A stretch of DNA of 64,000 nt, from contig PMCF01000212.1 of the NCBI GenBank assembly GCA_003154115.1, positions 1,277 to 65,276 on the forward strand, read 5' to 3'. The notes beneath the pieces are model-generated. The model was not told the DNA's origin and did no database searches. It saw only the letters and a list, made by a program, of their open reading frames with translations. A program made the translations under genes and the position numbers. Shown piece after piece: positions 8,751 to 20,514 of the stretch; the stretch's first letter is position 1, and each line of letters starts with the position of its first letter. Source of the DNA: Anaerolineae bacterium (GTDB lineage Bacteria; Chloroflexota; Anaerolineae; Fen-1058).

Positions 8751-10982
8751 TTAAGGCGTCGGCAAAGGAGTAGGCGTAAGCGTGACCGGGCTGACGACCT
8801 GCACGATCTGAGTCGCATTGACGGGTCCGTAATCTGAGCCTGCGGTAATAATCAGCGAGTAGACTTTCTGCCCCGGCTCAGTAGGGCAATGCTGTGCCTG
8901 GCCTGAAGGCGGCAGATTTGTTTGCAGCGGCTGTCCATTCACCTCCAGCGCGATCGGCGATCGCGCCCCCGAGGTAACCCACGATAAAACCACGCATTGC
9001 AGTCCTAGCTGCACCGTGGTGGGTTGCGCGCTGAACGAATCGATCGTGGGCAGCGGCGGCACGGTCGGCGTCGTAGGAATCGGCGTGAAGGTGTTGGTCG
9101 GCACGATCACAGGCGTGTTAGTCGGCGTTGGAGTGAAAGTGGCTGTCGGCGGCGCCGGCGTGGGCGTCCCGAAAACGTTGAGCGGCGTCATACTGTAGGC
9201 GATCTGCGCCTGCCCGGTATATTCCACATATTCAATGCGGAATTCATGAGTGCCCTGCGCCAGCGTCATTTGCCCCGAGTATTTCGTCGGCGAAGTCTGC
9301 TTGACCTCGTTAATCAGCAAAACCCCGTCCACATAGAAGCGCACGCCGTCGTCGACGGTGAAGTCAAAGCGATAATCGCCCTGGGCCACCGTCATGACGC
9401 GTGACCAGCGCACCGAGAAGTTATCGACCGGCATCAAGGGGCCAGGTGAACCATCGCCCCAGTTAAAATTGATACTCGGATCGAAGCGTACCAGCGTGGG
9501 AATGCCGCTCCATTGATTGTTGGCAAAATAGTTGCCCGTCCAATCTGTTGAAGTGCCCGTCAAGGGTTGGTACGTGAACCAGATCGAAGCCGGACTTGCC
9601 GCGCTGAAGTAACGCAGCTCAAACGTGTGCGTGCCGGCGGTTAGCGCCTGATCCTGACTAAAGGTTGCATTGGCGTTCTGGATCCACTGATTGATGATCA
9701 AGTTGCCATCGATGAAGAGCGCCACGCCGCCAGTGACGCGCGTCGTAAACCGATAGGTCCCGGCGTCAAAGTTGACGGTCCGCGTCCAGCGCACCGAGAA
9801 GTTGCTCAGGGGGATACCCGGCGCGGGCGGATTCTGTCCCCAATCAACTGACACGGCGACATCATTGCGCGTGTAAGCCGGTACGCCGCCCAGGAACTGA
9901 TTGCTGAAGTATTCACCTTTCCAATCAGGATATGATGTGATCTTGTCGACGTTGAAGTTGATAAAGGAAACGCCCACGCCTTCGTAGTATTCCACGCGGA
10001 CCACGTGTGAACCCGCGGCCACATTCACATCTTTGCTATACGCGTTGGGGGTCGCCGTATGCCATTCGTCGATAATGAGCTGGCTGTCGAGCCACACGCG
10101 CACGCCATCATCGACTTGCGCCGAGAAACGATACATCCCGCCGTCAAAGGTCAACGACCGCGTCCACCGGGCTGAGAAGTAGTCGGCTGGAATGTTGGGA
10201 GCGGATGAACCAGTGCCCCAGCTGAAGTTGATCGACGGATCATTGCGCACCAGCGCCGGTGCGCCTTGCAAATTAGGATTGTTATAGTACTCGCCGCGCC
10301 ACATGTTTGGATCGGGGGTTTGTGTCGCCGTGGGGAAAGGCACTGGCGTGAAAGTCAGCGTCGGCTGAATCACCATCGGCGTCAGGCCGGGCGTAGGTGG
10401 TTCGCGTGTGGACACGATCACCGTGGGCGCGTTGGACCCCGGTACAACCGTCAAATTCACCGTCTGATAAGCGCCCGTCGCGGTCGACTGCACGATCACA
10501 CTCGCGTTGGAGATCGAAGTCCATCGCGGATCGTTCGGATACGTGAACGTCCACACAAACGATCCGGCGGCCGCGGTGTCGGCCGTGCCAATCTGCAAGA
10601 TCGGATCAGTCGGCTTGGCAGGATCACGCAGGTAAAAGACAATGCGATCATTCGGGCGATAATTCAAACCTTGCAATGTGGCGAGTATGCCGCCCGAAAC
10701 CACCTGGGGCGTAGCCGCCACAGTCGGTTGAGGCACACCAGAAGTCGCAGTCGGCGTCACCGGCGCGGCGCTACTGCCCTGCCCCAGCAAGATCACCAAC
10801 AAAACCAGCGCGATCAACAATGCCACGGCCAAGATACCCAGCCCAATCCATACCGCGACTGGCGTGCGCGCAAGTGGTCGCCTGTCGGCGTCATAGGGAG
10901 TGGGATAGGGTGCCGCTTCCTCGACCGGCGGTGGCGGAGGAGGCTCAGGCTGCGTGTCAAAGGGGTCGTTTTCGAGTGACAT
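8751..10982 (-). CDS. membrane-anchored surface protein with three tandem PA14 domains
   Basis: N-terminal Pro-rich segment plus TM helix ([23 protein letters not shown]). Three repeats begin [26 protein letters not shown] and [13 protein letters not shown]. Each carries the F-[SV]-[AV]-RW[TS]R motif typical of PA14. PT-rich linkers and Ig-like ends flank the repeats. Confidence 0.8.
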   Translation of the reverse strand: MSLENDPFDTQPEPPPPPPVEEAAPYPTPYDADRRPLARTPVAVWIGLGILAVALLIALVLLVILLGQGSSAAPVTPTATSGVPQPTVAATPQVVSGGILATLQGLNYRPNDRIVFYLRDPAKPTDPILQIGTADTAAAGSFVWTFTYPNDPRWTSISNASVIVQSTATGAYQTVNLTVVPGSNAPTVIVSTREPPTPGLTPMVIQPTLTFTPVPFPTATQTPDPNMWRGEYYNNPNLQGAPALVRNDPSINFSWGTGSSAPNIPADYFSARWTRSLTFDGGMYRFSAQVDDGVRVWLDSQLIIDEWHTATPNAYSKDVNVAAGSHVVRVEYYEGVGVSFINFNVDKITSYPDWKGEYFSNQFLGGVPAYTRNDVAVSVDWGQNPPAPGIPLSNFSVRWTRTVNFDAGTYRFTTRVTGGVALFIDGNLIINQWIQNANATFSQDQALTAGTHTFELRYFSAASPASIWFTYQPLTGTSTDWTGNYFANNQWSGIPTLVRFDPSINFNWGDGSPGPLMPVDNFSVRWSRVMTVAQGDYRFDFTVDDGVRFYVDGVLLINEVKQTSPTKYSGQMTLAQGTHEFRIEYVEYTGQAQIAYSMTPLNVFGTPTPAPPTATFTPTPTNTPVIVPTNTFTPIPTTPTVPPLPTIDSFSAQPTTVQLGLQCVVLSWVTSGARSPIALEVNGQPLQTNLPPSGQAQHCPTEPGQKVYSLIITAGSDYGPVNATQIVQVVSPVTLTPTPLPTP

Positions 10983-11017
10983 AGCGAGTTCCTTTATTCA
11001 ATTCGATCGTGCGCGAG

Positions 11018-12028
11018 TCACGTCAGGCGCAAGACGTTATAGACCTGCATCGCGTCGACAATACCGCGAAAGGCCAGCGGCGCGAGCGATTCCACTTCCA
11101 CCTGATCCTTGATCAATTCGTAAGTCTGCGGCGAGACCAAAATCTGATCAGAAGCCGCGTATTGTTCCAAACGCGCGGCGACGTTCACCGTATGGCCCAA
11201 CGCCGTGTATTCGCGCTTGCGCGCCGAACCGAACATGCCGACCACCACTTCACCCGTGTGGATGCCGATCCCGATCGGGAGTTGGTAGAGCGCATCGTGG
11301 CGCGCATTGATCTCATTCATCATCGCACGCATCGCCACCGCCGAGCGTACGGCGCGCAGCGCATCATCGGCCCCCGAAATAGGCGCGCCATAGATCGCCA
11401 TGATGCAATCGCCGATGTGCTTATCGAGCGTGCCGTCGTTCTGAAAAATGATTTCACCCAGCGGGCTAAAATAGTTATCGCTGAGAAACTGCGCCCATTC
11501 CTGCGGATCGTGTTTTTCGGTCAAACTGGTGAACCCGCGGATATCGGCAAATAACACCGTCGCCGCCTGTTTGCGCGGCGTCAAATGCGAAGGATCGTTT
11601 TGCAGCTGCTGCAGCACCTGCGCCGATACAAACTGCTTCAAGCGCTTACGCACGAAGTACTCACGCACTTTGGCGCGCAGCTCCACGTTATCAAACGGTT
11701 TCGTCAAAAAACCGTCGATGCCTTCATTGGTGGCGGCGATGGCGCCTTCCAGCGTGGCATAGCCGGTCAACATGATGCGCGTAATGTCGGGGTTGATACT
11801 GCCGATGGCGGCCAGCGTTTGCAAGCCGTCGAGGCCGGGCATCTTATAATCACTGATGACGATGGTGATCTCGCCCGGCTGTTGTTTGACCACCTCGATC
11901 GCCTCATGCCCCGTGGTGGCTTGAAAGATGCTGTAGTTTTCGCGGCCCAACGCTTTTTGCAGCGCGCGTCGCACGCCTTCTTCATCGTCCACAATGAGCA
12001 ACCCGTTCATATCAGCCTCCACGACCAT
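11018..12028 (-). CDS. response regulator receiver fused to a class III adenylate/guanylate cyclase domain
   Basis: Receiver motifs LLIVDDEEG, VISDYKMPG and KPF. Cyclase motifs ATVLFADIRGFTSL and MAIYGAP. An alternative start at ATG 12010 follows GGAGG. Confidence 0.85.
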   Translation of the reverse strand: MVVEADMNGLLIVDDEEGVRRALQKALGRENYSIFQATTGHEAIEVVKQQPGEITIVISDYKMPGLDGLQTLAAIGSINPDITRIMLTGYATLEGAIAATNEGIDGFLTKPFDNVELRAKVREYFVRKRLKQFVSAQVLQQLQNDPSHLTPRKQAATVLFADIRGFTSLTEKHDPQEWAQFLSDNYFSPLGEIIFQNDGTLDKHIGDCIMAIYGAPISGADDALRAVRSAVAMRAMMNEINARHDALYQLPIGIGIHTGEVVVGMFGSARKREYTALGHTVNVAARLEQYAASDQILVSPQTYELIKDQVEVESLAPLAFRGIVDAMQVYNVLRLT

Positions 12029-12059
12029 TATAAGCTATTCCTCACTTGAAAGAAAAATA

Positions 12060-12133
12060 GTTACTACTCAGCCAGAACGTCGGACTGTACAAGGTCATTC
12101 CCGCCTTCGCGGGAATGACGGCTGAGTAGTAAC
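12060..12133. mobile_element. 74-bp MITE-like element with 14-bp perfect terminal inverted repeats, flanked by an 8-bp direct repeat
   Basis: TIRs are GTTACTACTCAGCC (12060-12073) and GGCTGAGTAGTAAC (12120-12133). An internal 11-bp hairpin is GTCATTCCCGC-CTTC-GCGGGAATGAC (12094-12119). GAAAAATA lies immediately on both sides (12052-12059 and 12134-12141). No coding capacity. Confidence 0.5.
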
Positions 12134-12172
12134 GAAAAATAAAGGTTAGCCTGCCTTCTAAATCGAAGGCAG
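12134..12172 (-). terminator. hairpin plus T-tract at the stop codon of the GAF kinase gene (minus strand)
   Basis: CTGCCTTC (12151-12158) pairs with GAAGGCAG (12165-12172) and spans the stop codon. On the minus strand the stem is followed by GCTAACCTTTATTTTTC. Confidence 0.45.
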
Positions 12173-14491
12173 TTCCACCCGGAACAGCGTACCCTGCCCG
12201 TTCCCGGTTTCAACGATGATCTCGCCATTGTGTTTCTTCACAATTTCATATGAAATGTAGAGCCCCAAACCGGTGCCCACGCCCACCCCCTTGGTCGTGT
12301 AAAACGGATGGAAGATGTTGGACAACACGTGCGCCGGAATGCCAGGGCCGTTGTCTTTCACGTAGAGCCACACCACCCCGCGCGCGGCATCATGCCCCGT
12401 GCCCATTTCCAGCTTACCGGTACTCTTCTCCAACGCATCGCCGGCATTTTGAATCAGATTTAAGGCGACCTGCCCCAGGTTAGCAAAGTTGCCCCGCACC
12501 TTAGGCAGATCTTCCTCATAGTTCTCGACCACTTCAATCGACAAGTTCTTCAAGCGATTGTGCAAGATGCGCAGTGCATCCTGGCACACGACCGTCAGGC
12601 TCACTTCTTCCGTGTAGGACTGCGATTGACGCGATAGATCGAGCAGCGAACTGACGATCCCTTTGGCGCGACGCAGTTCCTTCAAGCTAAACACCAGGTC
12701 ATCCGCAATCTCGATCAGATCGGCGTCGGCCAGCGGCTTGATGCTGCCGGGCCGAATCACGGGCAAGGCCGCGGCCGAATCGCTGACTGGCGTATACGGC
12801 AACCCGATCGTCTCCAACGACGATTGGATCAAGCTGCTGACGCTGGCTAACGGGTTATTCAATTCGTGCGCGACACCCGCCACCAGCTGACCGACCGCGG
12901 CTAAGCTCTCGGAGCGGATCAGGGCCTGCTGTGTCCGTTCGCGTTCGGCTAAGGCATCCTGCAATTTCTGGTACGCCAGCGCATTGTCAATCGCGATGGA
13001 CGCTTGATTCGCCAGCAGATTCAACACCCGCAGTTCATCTTCACCAAAACGATGCGGCACCAGATAAGAGACCGTAAACACCCCCAGCACTTGTCCAGCA
13101 CGTTTTAAGGGAAACCCGGCGATGGATTTGAGGCCCGTCTTAAGCGCTTCCGGGGTCGCATACAATTCGTGGTGCGGGACATCGTCGATCACCATCGGCC
13201 GGCCGCTGCGCCGCACCTGATCGATCAGGCCGCTGTGCTGGGGTTGCGAGGTCGCCGGCGCGCGCAGACCCGATCGCCACAAAGCCACCGACTTGGCAAA
13301 CGCATCCTGCTCGGCGTCATAGAGATAGATGTGCGTGTCTTCGGCCGCGGTCAGGCTCATCACATTGGCGCAAATCGCATCCAACACCCGATCGAGATCC
13401 AGGGTGGACGTCATCTGCAAACTCACATCGCGCAGCGCCGAAAGTTCTGCCAGGCGGCGGCGGCTTTGCTCGATCAACCGCGCGTTGCTCATCGCCATCG
13501 CGACCTGATTGGCGAACAGCTCGGCCAGCCAGCGATCTTCCACGCTGAACTGCCGTAAAAAAGCGTTGGCGCAAATTTCCAACACCCCTAGCACCCCGGT
13601 TTCCCAACGGAGAGGCACCGCCAGAAGTGCCGTATAATGCGTATCGCCGCCGAAGGGCGCGGTCTTGCCTACCCAATGCTGATAATCATTAACCACCTGG
13701 GGCTGACTCGATTGAAACACGCGCCCCGCTAATCCCTCACCAATCTTCACGGCCACACCTTGATAAACCTCCATGAAGCCGTGCGTGATCGCTAAGCGCA
13801 GTGAAGTCCGATCGGGATCGGCCAGAAAGATACCGCCGGCTTCGGCCCGCAGCAGATCGACGGCGCGGCGCACCAGGGTTTGCAACAACCGATCGGGGTC
13901 CGCTGAATGTCCCAGCACGTCTAGTGAAGCTTCATACAACGCCATCATCGCGTGCAGCCGGTTCTGCGCCTGATCGAGCAAACGCACCTTATCAATCGCT
14001 TCGGCCGCCTGGCTGGCAAAGGCAAACACGATGATCCCGTCTCGTTCGGTGAACGCATGGGGCGTGATGCTATGGGCCGCTAACACGCCGATCGATTCAC
14101 CCTTCACGACCAAGGGCGCACCAATCCAGGCGCGAATCTCTTCCTGCTGCGTGCTGGCCGCGACCCATAATTCACTGTCGCGGGTGTCTGCAATAACGAT
14201 CGGCTTCTGCGACGTCATCAGCACCCGATTCAACGGATACCGTCCCAAGGGGGCCGGATCCAAAGTGCCTTGCAGCATACCGAGTTCACCACTTGCGCGC
14301 ACCGTAATGAGCAGCGTGTTTTCATCATCTTCAACGTCAGAGCCCTGCATATCGAGCACGGACGGCAGCAGCAGGATACGCACTTGATCGTAACGCACGA
14401 CCTGGCCCAGGTCGCGCAAAATCGTATCCAGCACGTCGGCCAATTCCGAGCGCGGATCGATCATGGGGGCGATCATGTCAGAGGCAGCCAT
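12158..14491 (-). CDS. multi-GAF sensor histidine kinase
   Basis: Three GAF-like segments are followed by the HisKA H-box VAHELNNPLASV and HATPase motifs (NLIQNAGDAL, DNGPGIP, GTGLGL). Confidence 0.85.
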   Translation of the reverse strand: MAASDMIAPMIDPRSELADVLDTILRDLGQVVRYDQVRILLLPSVLDMQGSDVEDDENTLLITVRASGELGMLQGTLDPAPLGRYPLNRVLMTSQKPIVIADTRDSELWVAASTQQEEIRAWIGAPLVVKGESIGVLAAHSITPHAFTERDGIIVFAFASQAAEAIDKVRLLDQAQNRLHAMMALYEASLDVLGHSADPDRLLQTLVRRAVDLLRAEAGGIFLADPDRTSLRLAITHGFMEVYQGVAVKIGEGLAGRVFQSSQPQVVNDYQHWVGKTAPFGGDTHYTALLAVPLRWETGVLGVLEICANAFLRQFSVEDRWLAELFANQVAMAMSNARLIEQSRRRLAELSALRDVSLQMTSTLDLDRVLDAICANVMSLTAAEDTHIYLYDAEQDAFAKSVALWRSGLRAPATSQPQHSGLIDQVRRSGRPMVIDDVPHHELYATPEALKTGLKSIAGFPLKRAGQVLGVFTVSYLVPHRFGEDELRVLNLLANQASIAIDNALAYQKLQDALAERERTQQALIRSESLAAVGQLVAGVAHELNNPLASVSSLIQSSLETIGLPYTPVSDSAAALPVIRPGSIKPLADADLIEIADDLVFSLKELRRAKGIVSSLLDLSRQSQSYTEEVSLTVVCQDALRILHNRLKNLSIEVVENYEEDLPKVRGNFANLGQVALNLIQNAGDALEKSTGKLEMGTGHDAARGVVWLYVKDNGPGIPAHVLSNIFHPFYTTKGVGVGTGLGLYISYEIVKKHNGEIIVETGNGQGTLFRVELPSI

Positions 14492-14581
14492 GCATGCGTT
14501 TCTCCCCTGGAGTTATCTGAGGCTATTCTATCATGCCGTCAAAGCAAGTCAATTGCGCCGCCGCTTGCTGGGCAAACTCGC

Positions 14582-14609
14582 TTGCCCATGCGTTCGGTGA
14601 TGATATAAT
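14582..14609 (+). promoter_or_regulatory. sigma-70-like promoter candidate with an extended -10
   Basis: TTGCCC (14582-14587), 16-nt spacer, TGATATAAT (14601-14609). It lies in the 140-bp divergent region between the two kinase genes. GAGG at 14621-14624 precedes ATG 14632. Confidence 0.35.
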
Positions 14610-14631
14610 GAAATTCAGTCGAGGCCCGCTT

Positions 14632-17685
<3,054 letters not shown>

Positions 17686-17824
17686 GGATCAGAGACGCAG
17701 CTGTTACCTCAAGCGACCTGACTGGGTCCAAGGGAAACAGGCGCAGCGTGGGCTGCACCGGCGGGGCCTAACACTCCCACCAAAAGATGGGGATTATTTC
17801 AAGAGCGGAGAGAAAGAGTTACCT

Positions 17825-18628
17825 ATGTTGCAAAATGCGCGGCTATTGATTGTCGATGATGAACGCACGACCCGCTTGTCGTTGTCCGAGATCTTTACAC
17901 TGCGCGGGGCGACCACCGCGACCGCCGCCGACGGCTCTGAGGCTGTGGAGTTGCTTCAGCACAGCGATTTTGATCTCATCGTTCTCGATATCAAAATGCC
18001 AGGGATCAGCGGCCTGCAAGTCTTGGAGTACGTGCAAGAACACTCGCCGGGCACGGTCTGCGTGCTGCTCACCGCGCATGCCACCATCGATTCGGCCATT
18101 CATGCGTTGCGCCGCGGCGCCTTCGATTACATCCTCAAACCGGCTCAACCCAAAACCATCATTGAGGTGGTAGAACGCGGCCTAGCTAAGCGCCAGGAAT
18201 TTATGCGGCGGCAAAATCTGGTCGATTTGATGGAGCAGACGGTGGAAGCGTTCAAGGCCGGTGGCCCGACTCCTACCGCCACGACGGCCCCTGCGCCCCT
18301 TGGCAGCGCCACGTCACAGACGGGCAATCTGTCTGTCGATTTACAGCGCCGTGAGGCCAGAATGAATGATCAAGAATTGGAACTCACACCCACCGAATTC
18401 GACACGCTGGCGCATTTGATTAAAAATGCAGAACGCGTGGTGAGTTGTCGCGATTTAGTCAAAGCCGTACATGGCTATGACACAACCGAAAACACTGCAC
18501 GGCCCATCATGCGGGTACACATTCATCGGCTGCGCCAGAAGATTGAAAGAGATGCCGCCGATCCCCAACGGCTCCTCACCATCCGCTCAGCTGGTTATAT
18601 GCTCACCAGCCAGCCTAGACCCAAGTAA
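17825..18628 (+). CDS. OmpR-family response regulator (receiver plus winged-helix DNA-binding domain)
   Basis: ORF 17600..18628 trimmed to ATG 17825; the upstream part overlaps the kinase gene. Receiver motifs LLIVDDERT, LIVLDIKMPG and KPA. C-terminal LELTPTEFDTLAHLI...RLRQKIE...IRSAGYML is typical of Trans_reg_C. The linker is rich in Pro, Thr and Ala. Confidence 0.85.
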   Translation: MLQNARLLIVDDERTTRLSLSEIFTLRGATTATAADGSEAVELLQHSDFDLIVLDIKMPGISGLQVLEYVQEHSPGTVCVLLTAHATIDSAIHALRRGAFDYILKPAQPKTIIEVVERGLAKRQEFMRRQNLVDLMEQTVEAFKAGGPTPTATTAPAPLGSATSQTGNLSVDLQRREARMNDQELELTPTEFDTLAHLIKNAERVVSCRDLVKAVHGYDTTENTARPIMRVHIHRLRQKIERDAADPQRLLTIRSAGYMLTSQPRPK

Positions 18629-18769
18629 CATCACAGGCAAGGGTTTCGCAATACATTTGCAACGAAACAGAAAGTCTTTCTTTGAGACTTTATGGTACTC
18701 TACCAGTGTTGTTCTCAGGTCACTTGGCTCCCGTGTGCCAACCCCGCCTGAAGCTAGAGGAGTACAGTT

Positions 18770-19555
18770 ATGAGCGCCGCCCGAATTCTTGTCGTTGACG
18801 ATGACCCGCATACTCGCACTTTTATCTGTGATGGCCTGAGTGCCTTAGGCATTGTTGATGATGCCCTGGGAGTTGCGACAGCCGATGAGGCCCTGGTTGA
18901 AATCTCGCGCCAAGTACCCGAATTAGTGATTACCGATGTGCGCATGCCAGGACTGAATGGTCTGGATTTGGCTCGTTACTTGCGCCAAACTTACCCTGAC
19001 ACCAAAGTTATCGTCGTCACCGGTTACAGCACCCGCGATATCGAGAAGACGGCGCAGGCCCTCTCCGTCACGGCCTTGTTGAAGAAGCCGTTCGGGTTGG
19101 ATATGTTGGGCGAAATGGTGCGCAAAGCGCTCAACCATGACGGCCCAACCCAGCCTCTCGGCAAGAGTGTGCCGTTATCCGTAGAGCCGCTGGAACGACA
19201 AATCAGTATTCTCAAGCGCGACACGGGGGCGTTATGGGTGGGCCTGTTCAATGCTGAAGGTCAGCTGCTCACCCACACCGGGTTGGACGAACATCTCGAC
19301 CGTACGCTCGACGAGATCGTGTGCCGAACGTGGCCCAGTCAGATCGCCCAGATTGCCGAGCACGGCGGGCCGTGTTTTTTGTTTATCGATCGAGCACCGC
19401 ACGATATCTATCTTAGCAGCGTCGACAGCGATCACTGTATTGCACTGGTTTATGATCGGCGCTGGCAAACCAACCGCATGGGCGCAGTATGGCTGACCAC
19501 GCGCCAGGCAGCTCAGGAGCTGGCACGCTTGCTGGCGCAACCGTCACGCAGTTAG
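18770..19555 (+). CDS. receiver domain fused to an uncharacterised ~130-aa C-terminal domain (possibly Roadblock/LC7-like)
   Basis: Receiver motifs ILVVDDDPH, LVITDVRMPG and KKPF. The C-terminal half (ALWVGLFNAEGQLLTHTG...CFLFIDRAPHDIYLSSVDSDHCIALVYD) has no motif that I can assign with confidence. Confidence 0.7.
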   Translation: MSAARILVVDDDPHTRTFICDGLSALGIVDDALGVATADEALVEISRQVPELVITDVRMPGLNGLDLARYLRQTYPDTKVIVVTGYSTRDIEKTAQALSVTALLKKPFGLDMLGEMVRKALNHDGPTQPLGKSVPLSVEPLERQISILKRDTGALWVGLFNAEGQLLTHTGLDEHLDRTLDEIVCRTWPSQIAQIAEHGGPCFLFIDRAPHDIYLSSVDSDHCIALVYDRRWQTNRMGAVWLTTRQAAQELARLLAQPSRS

Positions 19556-19683
19556 CCCCACCCCGCCACACGTCGTGTCCCCGCTAAAGCGGGGCGGCGC
19601 GCCAGGCGGGCGGGGAAATGGGCACAGATGGGGATTATTCCATAACTTGATCGGGGTTGGGGTCCCGGCAGAAAAGAGGTGCT

Positions 19684-20055
19684 ATGAGTAAACGTATTCT
19701 CTACATCGAAGACAATCCTGAAAATCGCATGTTGATGCGCCGCGTGTTGATGGCCGAAGGCTACATCATGGAAGAAGCCGTTGACGGCCAGACCGGCCTG
19801 CAAAAGGCCGCCGAAAGTCCGCCCGATTTGATCTTGATGGACATCAATCTGCCGGAAATCGACGGCTATGAAGTGACGGCGCGCCTAAAGCAGCTGCCTA
19901 ACATGCTGGGCGTGCCGATTATTGCCGTGACCGCCAACGTGATGAAAGGCGATCGGGAAAAGACCCTGGCCGCCGGCTGCGACGGCTACATCCAGAAACC
20001 GATCGATATTGACCTGCTGCCCAGCCAGATTGAAAGCTTCTTGAAAAAGGAATAA
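19684..20055 (+). CDS. single-domain CheY-like response regulator
   Basis: ORF 19657..20055 trimmed to ATG 19684 after AAAGAGG. Motifs ILYIEDNPEN, LILMDINLPEIDG, IIAVTANV and YIQKPID. Confidence 0.85.
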   Translation: MSKRILYIEDNPENRMLMRRVLMAEGYIMEEAVDGQTGLQKAAESPPDLILMDINLPEIDGYEVTARLKQLPNMLGVPIIAVTANVMKGDREKTLAAGCDGYIQKPIDIDLLPSQIESFLKKE

Positions 20056-20058
20056 GTC

Positions 20059-20514
20059 ATGACGGACAATGCTACTCCTGCCACCGCTGCCGCCCGCAAC
20101 CATACCCCCATCGATCCGGCCAATGCCTATGTGTTGGTCGTAGAAGACAACATTCAGAACTTCGTGCTGATTGCCCGATTGATGGCTTTCCTCGGCGTTA
20201 AGCAATGTCAATGGAAAGCCTCGGGCTGGCAAGTGTTGGAATTTGCCGACAGCATGCCGCGCGTCGATTTGATTTTGATGGACATTCACTTGCCCTATGA
20301 AGACGGATTTGAAGCTCTGGCGCGCTTGCGCAACGAGCCCCGTTTTAAGGACACGATGATTGTAGCCGTCACCGCCGATGCCAACGAAGGCACGTTCAAG
20401 CGCGCCAAGCAATCGGGGTTTGATGGCTTCATCGGCAAGCCGATCGATCCCGATCGCTTCCCCGATCAAGTCAAGTCCATCCTGCGCGGCGAGGCCGTGT
20501 GGCATATGCGCTAG
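20059..20514 (+). CDS. single-domain response regulator with a short N-terminal extension
   Basis: Starts 3 nt after the previous stop codon. Motifs VLVVEDN, LILMDIHLPYEDG, IVAVTADA and FIGKPID. Confidence 0.8.
   Translation: MTDNATPATAAARNHTPIDPANAYVLVVEDNIQNFVLIARLMAFLGVKQCQWKASGWQVLEFADSMPRVDLILMDIHLPYEDGFEALARLRNEPRFKDTMIVAVTADANEGTFKRAKQSGFDGFIGKPIDPDRFPDQVKSILRGEAVWHMR

Noticed and set aside
12027-12032. TATAAT hexamer on the minus strand just upstream of the receiver-cyclase gene, as a promoter.
   Set aside because: It overlaps the first candidate ATG (12028), has no acceptable -35 element, and would place the transcription start inside the ribosome-binding site of the alternative start. 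I judged it coincidental.
18629-18769. Short inverted repeats (GTTTCG...CGAAAC and AAAGTCT...AGACTTT) after the OmpR-type gene, as a terminator.
   Set aside because: The stems are only 6-7 bp and AT-rich, and no T-run follows them. The evidence is too weak to call.
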